Below, one piece after another: positions 50,253 through 62,611 of a stretch of 64,000 nucleotides of DNA. The notes below the pieces were generated by a model that was given only the letters and a program-made list of their open reading frames with translations, made no database searches and was not told the origin of the DNA. The stretch lies in the NCBI RefSeq assembly GCF_009914755.1, contig NC_060929.1. One strand, given 5' to 3'. Positions within the stretch are counted from its first letter, which is position 1, and the number at the start of each line of letters is the position of its first letter. This DNA is from the human T2T-CHM13v2.0 reference genome, Homo sapiens. The position numbers were made by a program, and so were the translations under genes.

Positions 50253-51415
50253 AAGCCATGCATCACTTAATGATGGGGATACTCTCTGAGAAATGAATTC
50301 CTAGGTGATTTTCTTATTGTACAAACATCATACAGTGTAGCTTTACAAACCTAGATGGTACAGCCTACTACACACTTAGGTTATATGGTATATAGCCTCT
50401 TATCACTCCTAGGCTACAACCCTGTACACTATCCTACTGTACTGAATACTCTAGGCAATTTCAACAAAATAGTATTTGTGTATAGAAAAATATCTGAACA
50501 TAGAAAAGATAAAGTAAGAATACAGTATGAAAGAAAAAAAGTGATTATATTTGTATAGGACACTTTACCATGAATGGAGCTTGCGGGACTGGAAGTTGCT
50601 CTGGTTGAGTCATGAGTAAGTGGGGAGAGACTGTGAAGGCCTGGGACATTAATGTCCACTGCTTTAGACTTTATAAACACTGTATAATTGAGCCGCACAA
50701 ATGTTAAAAAATTGTTTCTTCAATAAGAAATTAATATTAACCTTAAACTTTTTTACTTTATAAACTTTTTATTTCCTAACTTTATTGACTCATAACACTT
50801 AGCTTAAAACACAAACACATTGTACAGCTGTTAAATATATATATTTTTATATCCTTATTCTAAACTTTCATTTCTTTTTTTTTTTTTTTGCTTTTTAAAC
50901 TTTTTTGCTAAAAATTAAGACACAAACACACACATTAGCCTAAGCTTACAGAATGTCGGGATCCTCCATATAACTGCCTTCCCCCTCCATATGTTGTCCC
51001 ACTGGAAGGTCTTTAAGGACAGTAACATGCATAGAGCTGTCATCTTCTATGGTTGGGGCCTGCCTGTGGCTGTTTTACAGCTAACATTTTGTTAATAAGT
51101 GGAAGCAGTGCACTTTAGAATAATGATAAAAATTATATAACAGCAAATACATAAACCAGTAACATAGTTGTTTATTATCAAGTATTATGTATTGTACATA
51201 CTTGTATGTGCTTACATTTATGCCTTTGGCAGTGTAGTAGGTTTGTTTACATCAGCATCCTCATAAATATGTGAGTAATGTGTTGCACTAGGACCTTACA
51301 ACAGCTATAGTGTCACCAGGTGATAGGAATTTTGCAGCTCCATTATAATCTTATGGGACCCTCATCAGATATGTGGTCTGTCATTGACTGAAAGTCACTA
51401 TGCAGGGCATGACTG
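50253..51415 (+). mobile_element. Tigger3b (Golem_B/MER7B-like) DNA transposon
   Basis: Starts AAGCCATGCATCACTTAATGATGGGGATAC and ends GCATGACTG, flanked by TA; about 1.16 kb. Confidence 0.85.
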
Positions 51416-51639
51416 TATTATGAATGAATGCATGAATCATTGTGCTAAGAAACAATAAAAGGCTTTTAAATATAGATGTGCCAAAGTTTTAGTAGTGCTT
51501 TAAAGAATACATTTGAGAGTTTGAAGGATAGATCAAGAGAGATTTGACCTAGTGTCAGGGAAGTCCATGTGAAGGTAATCCATAATCCATCCCAGAGAGG
51601 CTAAGCATCTGAGTTAAGGCAGCAGTAATTATTTGTCTT

Positions 51640-52350
51640 TAAGAATTCAAATTAAATCCACAATAAGATACTACCACACATCTAACAGAATGACTACTAA
51701 AAAAAGAGAGAGAGAAATTTCCAGTTGTTGTAAGTTCTTGCAACTACATATAGTTGCTGATGGAAATGCAAAATGGTACAACCACTTTGGAAAACACATT
51801 TATAGTTTCTTTTAAAATCACACACACACTCACCATATAATTGAACAATTCCACTTCTAGATATTTACCTTACAGAAATGAAAACTTATGTTCACACAAA
51901 AACCCATTTGCAAATGTTTAGAGCAGCTTTACTCATAATTGTCAAAAATTGGAAACAATTTAAATGTCCTTTAACCAATGAATGGCTAATCAAACTGGTA
52001 CATACATGAAATGGAATACTAATTAGCTATAAGAAGTAAACTATTGACACACAAAGCAACATGCACGAATTGCAAATATATTTTGCTAAGTGAAGGAATC
52101 CAGTTCCAAAAGGCTACATACATTGTTATGATTTCATTTATAGGAAATTCTGGAAAAAGCGATATTATAGGGACAGAAAACAAATCAGTGGTTAGCAATT
52201 GCCAGGGGGTAGTGGTGGCAGGAGGAGTTGACTATAAAAGGATAGGGGAAAGTTTGGAGGGATGATGAAAACCTTCTAAATCTTGGCTATATTAGGCTTC
52301 ATAAAACTGAATATGTTTGCCAAAATTCACAAAGCTGTAAACTTTTCAAA
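51640..52350 (+). mobile_element. Old L1M (L1MC-like) 3' fragment
   Basis: AAAATGGTACAACCACTTTGGAAAAC and GAAAACTTATGTTCACACAAAAACC motifs. Confidence 0.82.
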
Positions 52351-55300
52351 AATCAAGGGATTATACTGCTTCTTTGAAGCAAGAGCTTGTAAAATTTCCA
52401 GGTTAAAATGTATGGTTTCACCCAGTTTTTTTTCTAAATTTCTTTTTATTTAATCAGTGGATCTTATTTAACACTATTTTTGCTATTTAAATTACCATCT
52501 AGATGTTTGATATATAAACATTTGAGCCTGAATGAAGCAGAGAGTTCTAAAAACCAGTAAGGATTTGTTATGAAGATTTTTGAATAATATAGTTTGTTCA
52601 CAATAAAAATTTAAAATTAAACTTGGCATGGGCTCACCATGTTCTAAGTAAAATTAATAAAAAGATACCTGTTTAATTACAAAGACAAGGAAAAGAAATT
52701 ATAATGAGCACTAGGAAGTGGGAAATAAAACTAGGGCTGCTTTGTGATAATAAAATAATTTTAGAAGGTGAAGAAAAATTATCTACAAAGGGAGATGAAA
52801 ATAAAGGTTGTGCTTCAATGATTCTATGTAAAATGGGATAGGTAAAGGTACATTTTTTATGGAGAAAAATTTGAAAAATTAAAAAGTAAAACAAGGTTTG
52901 GAGCATTTTCAGTTTAAAGGTGGAAATTTGGAGAAATTTGGGGCTCATTTGTACATTTACAAGTTAAAGGCATTAGAGTTGATGACATCTAAGAACAAGA
53001 TAATGTATAAACACAAGAGAAAAGAAGTATAAGAAAAGGATCTTGGGGAGAAATACGTGTGTGTGTGTGTGTGTGCACGTGTGTGCGTGTTTATGTCTGT
53101 AGCCATAGGTAAAGGAAAAATGTGGCTAAAGAAGAAAAATGACAGTCGGGGTAATGAAAATATATTCAACTAAATATTAAAAATAGTTTGCTTATATTCA
53201 ATTTTTCATTTAATCCTTCTAAACACATATGAGAGAATCAAGTGACAGTGTGTTAATGAATAGTAAATACAGGGAGGAAGGGAAGTTGTCCGTTACCCAA
53301 AATTTTATCCTCTCCTTTTACCATCATTTTCCCAAGATCCATGATGCATGGTTGGTGTTTTGTTACATTAGTTTATCAATGGATTTTTCATGAACAGTTG
53401 GAAAAAAATAATCTACCTGCCATAATCTAAATAATAGCAGAGAATTTACTTTTTATTAGCAGTAGAAAATTAAACATATGTAATATTTTTAGTTCTTAAC
53501 CACAATTACTTATTTTCTCCTCAAATACTCAAATATTTACCTGCCTCTCAGTTCCAATTTACACAACAGCAACAAGTAACCCTCTCATCTTTTGTCACAT
53601 GACTAATTAGAAATACAGACACTTCTTAAACATCTGTGATATTTAAAGAATATCATCTCCTCAACCTTCCACCTCCCTCTCCTATGAGCTAGTGGATTAA
53701 GATGAATGAAGGTTTTGCTGGGGTGTAAAACAACTTTTCAAAGATTCAGATTCATGAATCATTCATGCATTCTCAATATTTTAAATATGTAAAAGAATGA
53801 GTAAGGGATACAAATAGCTTGGTGAGCTTGGCTCTACATTTCAAGTTACAGAGCAAGAGATAAGGTATTCATTTTAGGTAAAATTCGTCACTAAATAGCA
53901 TGTCAGGTCTATTGAGGCAATTAAATATAAGAAACCCCAGACTACTAATTCCACTGCCCACCCCCTACCTTTAGGGAAATTGAATAGAAAGAAAGATATT
54001 TTCTTTTAATGATCTTTCACTTTAGCAAATGTTAATTCAATCTTTGAATAGGGAGAGCACACACACTTCCTGGTCTTTGATCCTCCCTGCTTGCTAATTT
54101 TCATCAGAAAATAATCTAAACTTTGGTCTAACATAAATTTAAAATAACTTATTTGACAGTAAATAAAAAAGTTTAAAAAATAATTCTTAAGTTTTGCAAT
54201 TGGCATGCAACACGTAGAACACATATTTATAAAGAAATTTGAACATAAAATTCAGTTTGTAGGAATGCATAAAAGCAACAGATACAGAAGTGAAATATGT
54301 ATAATTAAATACATATAGTTATTTCTGTAAAATTTTTCTACTCCTTACAGAAGCAATTCTAAAGTGGCCATAAGTAGAGTATCAGGTGATTGTTTTTAAA
54401 TAAATCAAGAAGCCCTTAAATATAAAATTTTGTCCAATCATTTGAAAGTAAAAATCAGTGAAAAACAGGAATGAGAATGTAACTTAGAATGTTGGGAGAT
54501 CAAAGTGCTTTGTTGGGATTTCTTTGCAATAACTCATTATAAATTGACTGCAAAAATAAGGACCTTGTAAAACTGCTGTTGATAAAAAGCAGATAAGCAA
54601 ATACTGGAAAAATAGGAACATATTATATGAGTATTAGGATCATGCTTTTTCAGAGGTTTCTGGGGACTTCTATTCAACCACGCAATTAACTGTCTATGGT
54701 TTTAATTCCCTAAGTACAATTTTTGGTAACTCACAAGCTTCCTTGGAAGTAACTTAGTACTCACTTATAAAAAAGAAACATGAAATACTTGGATGATTTT
54801 TTTAAGACAGAAGATATTTTGTAAATAATCTTGCACTTCAAGAACCTTTATTGAATGTTTAAATATGAAAAATAACCTTGATTCCCCTCCTATTTTTTTG
54901 GATTCCCTTTTTAATAAGTAATTAATTCTACCATAATTGGAGTTTAATAACTATAAACTATAACTATTTTAGCAAAGAGTATAACAAATGACTTCAAATC
55001 TTTATAATTAAGGCAATTATTTATAACATATGAATACATTTATAAAGAAATATTAACACAAAGTTATATTATAAGGCATTGCACCTACATTTACACTGCT
55101 GCAATAAAACTGGAATGCTTTCTTTAAAATCCAAATATTAATATTTGGCAATAATGCTCTGGATAACTATATATCCTTGACAATAAGCAGCATTTGATAG
55201 CTGGTGCTCAGAAGGCAGATTCACAATAACTCAAACTACCTGGAAACATTACAGGTGTAAGACATATGATAAGGACATTTTCTACGTTAAAATATTTTCT

Positions 55301-56765
55301 ATTTAATAAATTAGAGGAAATACTTCTACTATAATAGCACCTAGAATCTCAAAAGCATAGACTAAGAAACACCCTCAGAGACAGACAGCTTGACCAGGAA
55401 TTTGAAATGCAGTTAGATAGATTCTCCCAGCAATGCAAGCAGGCTTAGGAGAAATGGAGCTGTTTAGGTACATTTCTGTCCCAGAGACTGGCCTTTCAGA
55501 CAGAAGCAGCTTGAGGAGTGCTGCTGAAGAGGGAAGATAGACTGTGGTAGCCTTGTATCTCTCTAATAAAGCAAGTGTGTTTAGCTACAAGAAAGTTTTA
55601 TCTTCTGATCACCTTTGCTTGCCCTCAACTCCAGTCCTCACATCTGCACTGTCAATGGGGAAGGCTGATGGACACGTTAAAGTTTATTGCTTAAATTGGT
55701 CCTTATATATCTTCCTATCTATCATCAGCACACATATACTTTATTGTATATTTGTCTAAAATGTCTCACAAGCTACTTGCTTCTGTACTTAGTTTCATTT
55801 ATCTTCAATATGAACATTGAATAACGTAGAATTTTGACAGTGTAATGATTTCATCCCACTACACCCTCTTCTAAGGGTTTAAACATACCGTATCTCTTTT
55901 TTTCTGCTTCTGTCTCTATTTCAAACTATTTAAATAAATGCAATTTGAGTAGTTTAATTTGGTGCTCAATTTAGTCCTATAATGTTACATGCTTGAAAGT
56001 AACCATAGAATCCTGATAATTTAAAGAAAAATAGAGTAATGAAGTCTATTTTGTTTTGATTTGCATTTTGGAAATTTGTAATAAGTAGACTACATTTAAG
56101 GTAATAATTTTTAAAAAGCCTATCTGGTGGAGGTAGGCATAACTTGAGTATACCTGAGTAGGAAGGGATAATTGAGGAAAGATGGTTTTGTGTAAGGGGT
56201 TTAAGGACCAGAATTTCTGTAGAGGCATTATATTTTGACAGCAGGAAGGACATTTCTGCTTTAGCAGAAAATGAAGTAGGTAAAATCATGGTATTAACTG
56301 ATTTGAAATGGAGGATGGGAATTCAAGGGGAATTCTTTATGTATTTATTTAACTAATATTTATTGAACATCTATGTACAAGACATGGTGATAAGTGTTAG
56401 GTCTTCAGCAAGGCACAGTCTGTATGCTCACAGAGAAGACAAGCATTAATGGTGTAATTCAAGATAAAATAATTGAGGTCTGTAGAATCAGTAGTAGTTG
56501 GCTACTTGTAGGAGAGTAGGGGAGATTAAAGCATTTCAGGCAGGAGGAAAATCTGGTATTAAGTCTTAAATTTAAAGATTATATGACAAATTTAAAATAA
56601 AAAAGAAGTTGGTTAAAGCAGTGTGTCAGGGAGTGGGGGGTGGTGGGCAAGGACTGGGTCTGGGGACTTTAGATTTGGGACAGGGTTCTAATGACCCTGC
56701 TGCTCCAAGTTTACCCACTTAATTGATAGATTTAAGAATACTCCTGGGAATTCCATGGAGTTTGG

Positions 56766-57202
56766 AATTTCCAGTTGTAAGTTCTCGCAACTACATATAG
56801 TTGCTGATGGAAATGCAAAATGGTACAGCCACTTTGGAACACAAGTTTATAGTTTCTTTTAAAATCACACACACACTCACCATATAACTGAACAATTCCA
56901 CTTCTAGGTATTTACCTTAGAGAAATGAAAACTTATGTTCACACAAAAACCCATTTGCAAATGTTTAGAGCAGCTTTACTCATAATTGTCAAAAACTGGA
57001 AACAATTTAAATGTCCTTCAACCAATGAATGGCTAATCAAACTGGTACATACCTGAAATGGAATATTAATTAGCCATATGAAGTAAACTATTGACACACA
57101 GAATAGTGTGTGTCAATAGTTTACTTCTTATAGCTAATTAATAAGCTATTAGCTATAAGATGCATGAACTGCAAATGTACTTTGCTAAATGAAGGAAGCC
57201 AG
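56766..57202 (+). repeat. Second copy of 51716-52103 (local direct duplication) with an internal fold-back
   Basis: Direct alignment by eye shows long identical blocks, roughly 95% identity outside the fold-back insertion. Confidence 0.92.
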
Positions 57203-57369
57203 ATAAGAGTAGCACAATCATTTGGAAGATCTGGGACACTCACTGTTTACCATCTACATACTGGTATTGCAGCATTTTATCAGTAATAATGCACATTCCA
57301 TTGTATGTCATTTGAACATTGGCCCTACTATAATGTTTAATTTATTAACAATATAGTAGTTTCCCTCTT

Positions 57370-57890
57370 TGTTGGGAACAAGCCCCCCAAAATCTGGCCA
57401 TATACTGGCCCCAAAACTGGCCATAAACAAAATCTCTGCAGCATTGTGATATGTTCATGATGGCCATAACACCCACACTGGAAGGTTTTGGGTTTACCAG
57501 AATGAGGGCAAGGAATACCTGGCCTGCCCAGGGTGGAAAACCACCTAAAGGCATTCTTAAGCCACAAACAATAGCATGAGTGATCTGTGCCTTAAGAACA
57601 TGCTCCTGCTACAGTTAACTAGCCCAACCTATTCCTTTATTCCTTTAATTCGGCCCATCCCTTTGTTTCCCATAAGGGATACTTTTAGTTAATTTAATAT
57701 CTATAGAAACAATGCTAATGACTGGTTTGCTGTTAATAAATACGTGGGTAAATCTCTGTTCGAAGCTCTCAGCTCTGAAGGCTGTGAGACCCCTGATTTC
57801 CCATTTCACACCTCTATATTTCTGTGTGTGTGTTTTTAATTCCTCTAGTGCCACTGGGTTAGGGTCTCCCCGACTGAGCTGGTCTCAGCA
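57370..57890 (+). promoter_or_regulatory. 5' LTR (MER9)
   Basis: TGTTGGGAACAAGCCCCCCAAAATCTGGCC...GGTCTCAGCA, with AATAAA near 57735. Confidence 0.93.
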
Positions 57891-57892
57891 AG

Positions 57893-57910
57893 TGGCGCCC
57901 AACGTGGGGC
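57893..57910 (+). other. Primer binding site for tRNA-Lys(CUU)
   Basis: TGGCGCCCAACGTGGGGC, 2 nt after the LTR end. Confidence 0.95.
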
Positions 57911-58039
57911 TCGAATCTAGGTCAAAGGGTTGCTGTAGTGATGGTTGGAGAACATGGAACTAGCTAGAGGACACCCGAATACTCTTAAAGCAAGCCCCGT
58001 GGTGTGTAAGAAGGGGAGCTCGGAAGCATCAGGGTAACA

Positions 58040-59351
58040 ATGGGACAAATGTGGGGTCTGGTTCTTTCTACCTTAGAACTTTTTCACACTGATGATGAGG
58101 AGGAAGGAGAGTATAGCAAAGTAACAGAAGAGGTTACAGAGCAGGTTTATTTACCAGCTAAGGCTAAAGCAGCAAAGGAAGGAAAGGTTCATTCATACCC
58201 TTCTGCACCCCCTCCTTATTATTTTGAAGAAAAAGAACCTCCAGATCTTTCTTTTCTGGAAGTCACTGGGTGAAAAGTAGTTGCCCCAGTGACTGTTTGA
58301 GCAGAGCCTCAAGTGACCACTCTTAGTTCTATTCAGGCAGGAATTCAGCAAGCTAGACAAGAGGGTGATTTAGAGGCTTGGCAGTTCCCTGTTAGAATAC
58401 AACCCCCAGATCAACAAGGAAATATAGCTACATTTGAGCCCTTTCCTTTTAAATTACTCAAAGGATTTAAACAAGCTATAAATCAGTATGGACCAGGTTC
58501 TCCTTTTGTAATGGGACTATTAAAGAATGTTGCTGTTTCTAGTCGGATGATTCCTACTGGCTGGGATGCTTTTACTCAAGCTTGTCTAACTCCTGCTCAG
58601 TTCTTATGATTTAAAACTTGGTGGGTAGATGAAGCTTCCATTCAGGCTGCTCACAATGCCCAGGTCCAACCTCAAATTAATATAACTGCAGACCAACTTT
58701 TGGGGGTTGCCAGCTGGGCTGGTTTAGATGCATAACTGTCCATGAAGGATGATCCCATAGAACAGCTTAGAGGAGTGCGCATTAGAGCTTGGGAAAATAA
58801 TCACTTCATGTGGAGAACAATACCCTTCCTTTAGTGCTATAAAACAGTGACCAAAAGAACCATACATTGATTTTATAGCTCGGTTACAGGAGTCTCTTAA
58901 AAAGATGATTGCAGATTTGGCTGCTCAGGAGATAGTGTTGCAGTTATTAGCTTTCAACAATGCTAATCTGATTACCAGGCTGCTCTGCAATCTATCAGAG
59001 GGAAAGCACATTTAGTTGATTATATCAAGGCCTGTGATGGTATCACAGGTAACCTGCATAAAGCTACTTTGTTGGCATAGGCAATGGCAGGGCTGAGAGT
59101 AGATAAAGGAAATACTCCATTTCCTGGAGCTTGTTTTAACTGTGGGAAGCATGGTCATACTAAAAAAGAATGTAGAAAAAATCAGCGAGTCAGGCTGCCA
59201 GATAGGAGAAAAAAGAAAACTGCTGAGCCTGAAATATGTACAAAATGTAAAAAAGGAAAACATTGGGCTAATCAGTATTACTCTAAGTTTGATAGATGGG
59301 AACCCAATTTCAGGAAACACCATGGGGGGCCCGTCCCAGGCCCCGTTCTAA
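58040..59351 (+). pseudogene. gag: Defective gag (MA largely deleted; late domain, CA and NC remnants)
   Basis: MGQ start, PSAPPPY, CA-like WQFPV and GPGSPF, major homology region IKQ*PKEPYIDFIARL, CCHC knuckle CFNCGKHGHTKKEC; multiple stops. Confidence 0.9.
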
Positions 59352-60230
59352 ACCAGGGCATTTCCAGCTCAAGCCATTCCCTCACCCTTGTACAATGTCT
59401 GTCCCCCACCACAGCTGGTAGTGCTGCAGTAGATCTATGGTGCACAAAAGCTGTGAGCCTTCTGCCTGGGGAACCCCCGCAAAAGGTCCCAACAGGAGTC
59501 TGTGGACACTTGCCAGTGGGGAAAATAGGATTACTTTTAGGAAGGTCTAGTTTAAGTTTAGAGGGGGTACAAATACATACAGGAGTCATTGATTCAGATT
59601 ATAATGGGGAAATTCAAATTGTTTTATCTACTTCTGTTCCTTGGAAAGCAGAGCCAGGAGAGCACATAGCACAGCTCCTGATTGTGCCATATGTGCAAAT
59701 GGGAAAAAGTGAAATTAAATGAACAAGAGGATTTGGAAGCACAAATAAACAAGGCAAAGCAGCTTATTGAGTAAATCAAATTACTGACAAACACCCTACC
59801 TGTGAAATAACTATTCAGAGAAAGAAATTTAAAGATTTGGTAGATACAGGAGCGGACATTTCAGTCATTTCTCTACAGCACTGGCTGTCCACATGGCCAA
59901 TTCAACCTGCTCAATTTAACATAGTTGGAGTTGGTAAAGCCCTTGAAGCATATCAAAATAGTTATATTTTGCATTGTGAAGGGCCTGATGGACAACCTGG
60001 GACTATTCAACCAATTATAACTTCTGTACCTATAAATTTATGTGGAAGAGATTTATTACAACAATGGGGAGCACAAGTTCTAATTCCAGAACAATTATAT
60101 AGCCCTCAAAGTCAACATACAATGCATGAAATGGGTTATATCCCTGGCATGGGACTAGAAAAAAAAATTTGCAAGGTTTGAAAAAACCACTTCAAGTGGA
60201 AAGACAAAGTTCCCACCAAAGGTTTAAGAT
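59320..60230 (+). pseudogene. pro: Defective pro (dUTPase + aspartic protease + G-patch)
   Basis: GSAAVDL, GRSS, GVIDSDYNGEI, IAQL, VDTGAD, GRDLL and MGYIPGMGL motifs; internal stops. Confidence 0.9.
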
Positions 60231-61860
60231 ATCATTTTTAATGGCAGCCATTGTTAAGCCTCCAGAACCTATACTTTTAAAATGGTTAACAGATAGGCCA
60301 ATTTGGATAGAACAATGGCCGCTAAGTAAAGAGAAACTGGAGGCTTTAGACAAATTAGTTACTGAACAATTAGAAAATGGGCACATAGCTCCAACGTTTT
60401 CCCCTTGGAATTCTCCAGCTTTTGTAATTAAGAAAAAATCAGGTAAATGGAGAATGTTAACTGACCTAAGAGCCATCAATTAAGTTATACAACCTATGGG
60501 AGCATTACAGCCAGGATTGCCTTCTCCTGCTACAATTCCAAAAAATTGGCCTTCAATAGTTATAGATTTAAAAGCCGGTTTCTTTACTATCCCCTTAGCT
60601 AAGCAAGACTGTGAAGAGTTTGCATTTACAATTCCTGTGGTAAACAACCTGCAGCCTGCTAAACATTTTCTTTGTTTTACAGATGGGTCTAGTAATGGTA
60701 AAGCTTATTCTGGATCAAAAGGTAAAGTTTTCCAGATGCCTTATACTTCAGCTCAAAAAGGGGAGCTTGTAGCTGTAATTGAGGTATTGACTGCTTTTGA
60801 TATGCCTATTAATGTGATTTCTGGTTCTTCATATGTGGTTCATTACACAGAGTTAATGGAAAATTCTCAGTTATGATTTCATACAGATGAACAACTGATG
60901 ACTTAATTTACCCAATTGCAAACAGCAGTTAGAAGTAGAATGCACCCTTTCTACATCACTCACATTAGGGCTCATACACCTCTTCCAGGACCTTTGACTG
61001 AAGGGAATCAAATGGCTGATCACCTAGTTGCTAATGCAGTATCTAATGCTAGACACTTTCACAATTTAACCCATGTTAATGCCTCTGGTCTCAAACGCAG
61101 ATATAGCATTACCTGGAAAGAAGTTAAAGCTATTATTCAACTATGCCCAACTTGCCAAATGGTACCTTCCTCATCTTTTACAGGAGGAGTTAATCCTCGA
61201 GGATTGGAACATAACTCTCTTTGGCAAATGGATGTCACACATATTCCCTTGTTTGGGAGACTAGCTTATGTACATGTATGTGTGGACACCTTTTCTCACT
61301 TTGACTGGGCTACATGCCAATCAGGAGAGTCTTCTGCCTGTGTTAAACATCACCTCTTGCAGTGTTTTGCAGTGATGGGCATTCTAGCCTCTATTAAAAC
61401 AGATAATGCCCCAGGCTATACTAGCCAAGTTCTAGCTACATTTTTCTCTATGTGGAATATTAAACACATTACTGGTATCCCATACAATTCTCAAGGACAA
61501 GCCATAGTGGAAAGAATGAATCTTTCCCTAAAACAGCAGTTGCAAAAGCACAAAGGGGAAAATAGAGAATATGGAACCCCACAGATGAAACTGAATCTAG
61601 CATAATTAACTTTAAATTGTTTGAGCCTGCCCAAAGGCCAGATGTTATTAGCAGCTGAACAGCATCTGCAGAAACCAGCTGCAGAGACAGAAGCAGAACA
61701 ACTGATTTGGTGGAGAGATCCAATAACAAAAAGTTAGGAAATAGATAAAATAATAACTTGGGGTAGAGGTTATGCATGTGTTTCTCCAGGTCAAAATCAA
61801 CAGCCGATTTGGATACCATCAAGACACCTGACATCTTATCATGAGCCAGGTGCTGAGGAA
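60230..61860 (+). pseudogene. pol: Defective pol (RT N-terminus fused to RNase H; integrase)
   Basis: [27 protein letters not shown], then FTDGS. Integrase HHCC and D,D(35)E motifs (WQMDVTH, KTDN, IVER). Confidence 0.9.
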
Positions 61861-62611
61861 GAGATGCTGGGAGGATCCCGAGGACCCCCCATTTGCAGTC
61901 ATGTTGAGACTGACACTGAGGAGGACCCCAACTGTCATGAGCAACACGAGTCAAACACAAGCCACCCACCTAGGGACAGATCAAGAAGCTGTCACAGATG
62001 GTGGAAGGAAACCTGAGGAAAGCAGGAAAAACAGTCACAATGAGAAATTTAATGGTAGCTATGAGAGTGGTTATCACCACTGCTATGAGTATTCCTTCAA
62101 CAAAGGCTAACACAGGGACCAGTTATACTTATTGGGCATATTTATCAATCCTGACTGGTAATAATGCCTAGATATAATCACTCCATGACACAGTTACACA
62201 TACTTTCTGATCTCAGTATTTACCATAATAAATCTGCTCCTATAATTGAGGCATACTGCCTTCAAAAACCTATTTGTAAACAAAATCAAACCTGGCCAGA
62301 AAATATGAATGTACTTGTTTAGGAAGATTGCTTTGCAGAACAGGCAGAGGTGCTGCACAACGATTCCTATGGAATCATTATTGATTGGTCCCCTGTTGAA
62401 TTGCACCTCTTAGTCTACATGCCATGGCCACACTATGTTCAGCTGGTCTGAACAAAATGGTCAGACAGTAGAAATGATAAGATGTATGGCAAGAGTTCCT
62501 ATTATCTGGAATCATGGCAGTATAGTGGCACTTCAACCTCAAATGATATGGCTCGTTGTAGGAGCTAAACATAAGGATTTGTGGAAACTATTAATAGCTC
62601 TTAATAAGATC
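61840..62611 (+). pseudogene. env: env remnant (leader and N-terminal SU only)
   Basis: PT*GQIKKLSQM leader, hydrophobic signal segment, YTYWAY and GIIIDWSP. Truncated directly at the 3' LTR. Confidence 0.8.

Noticed and set aside
57893-57915. tRNA-like sequence
   Set aside because: It is a retroviral PBS, not a tRNA gene.
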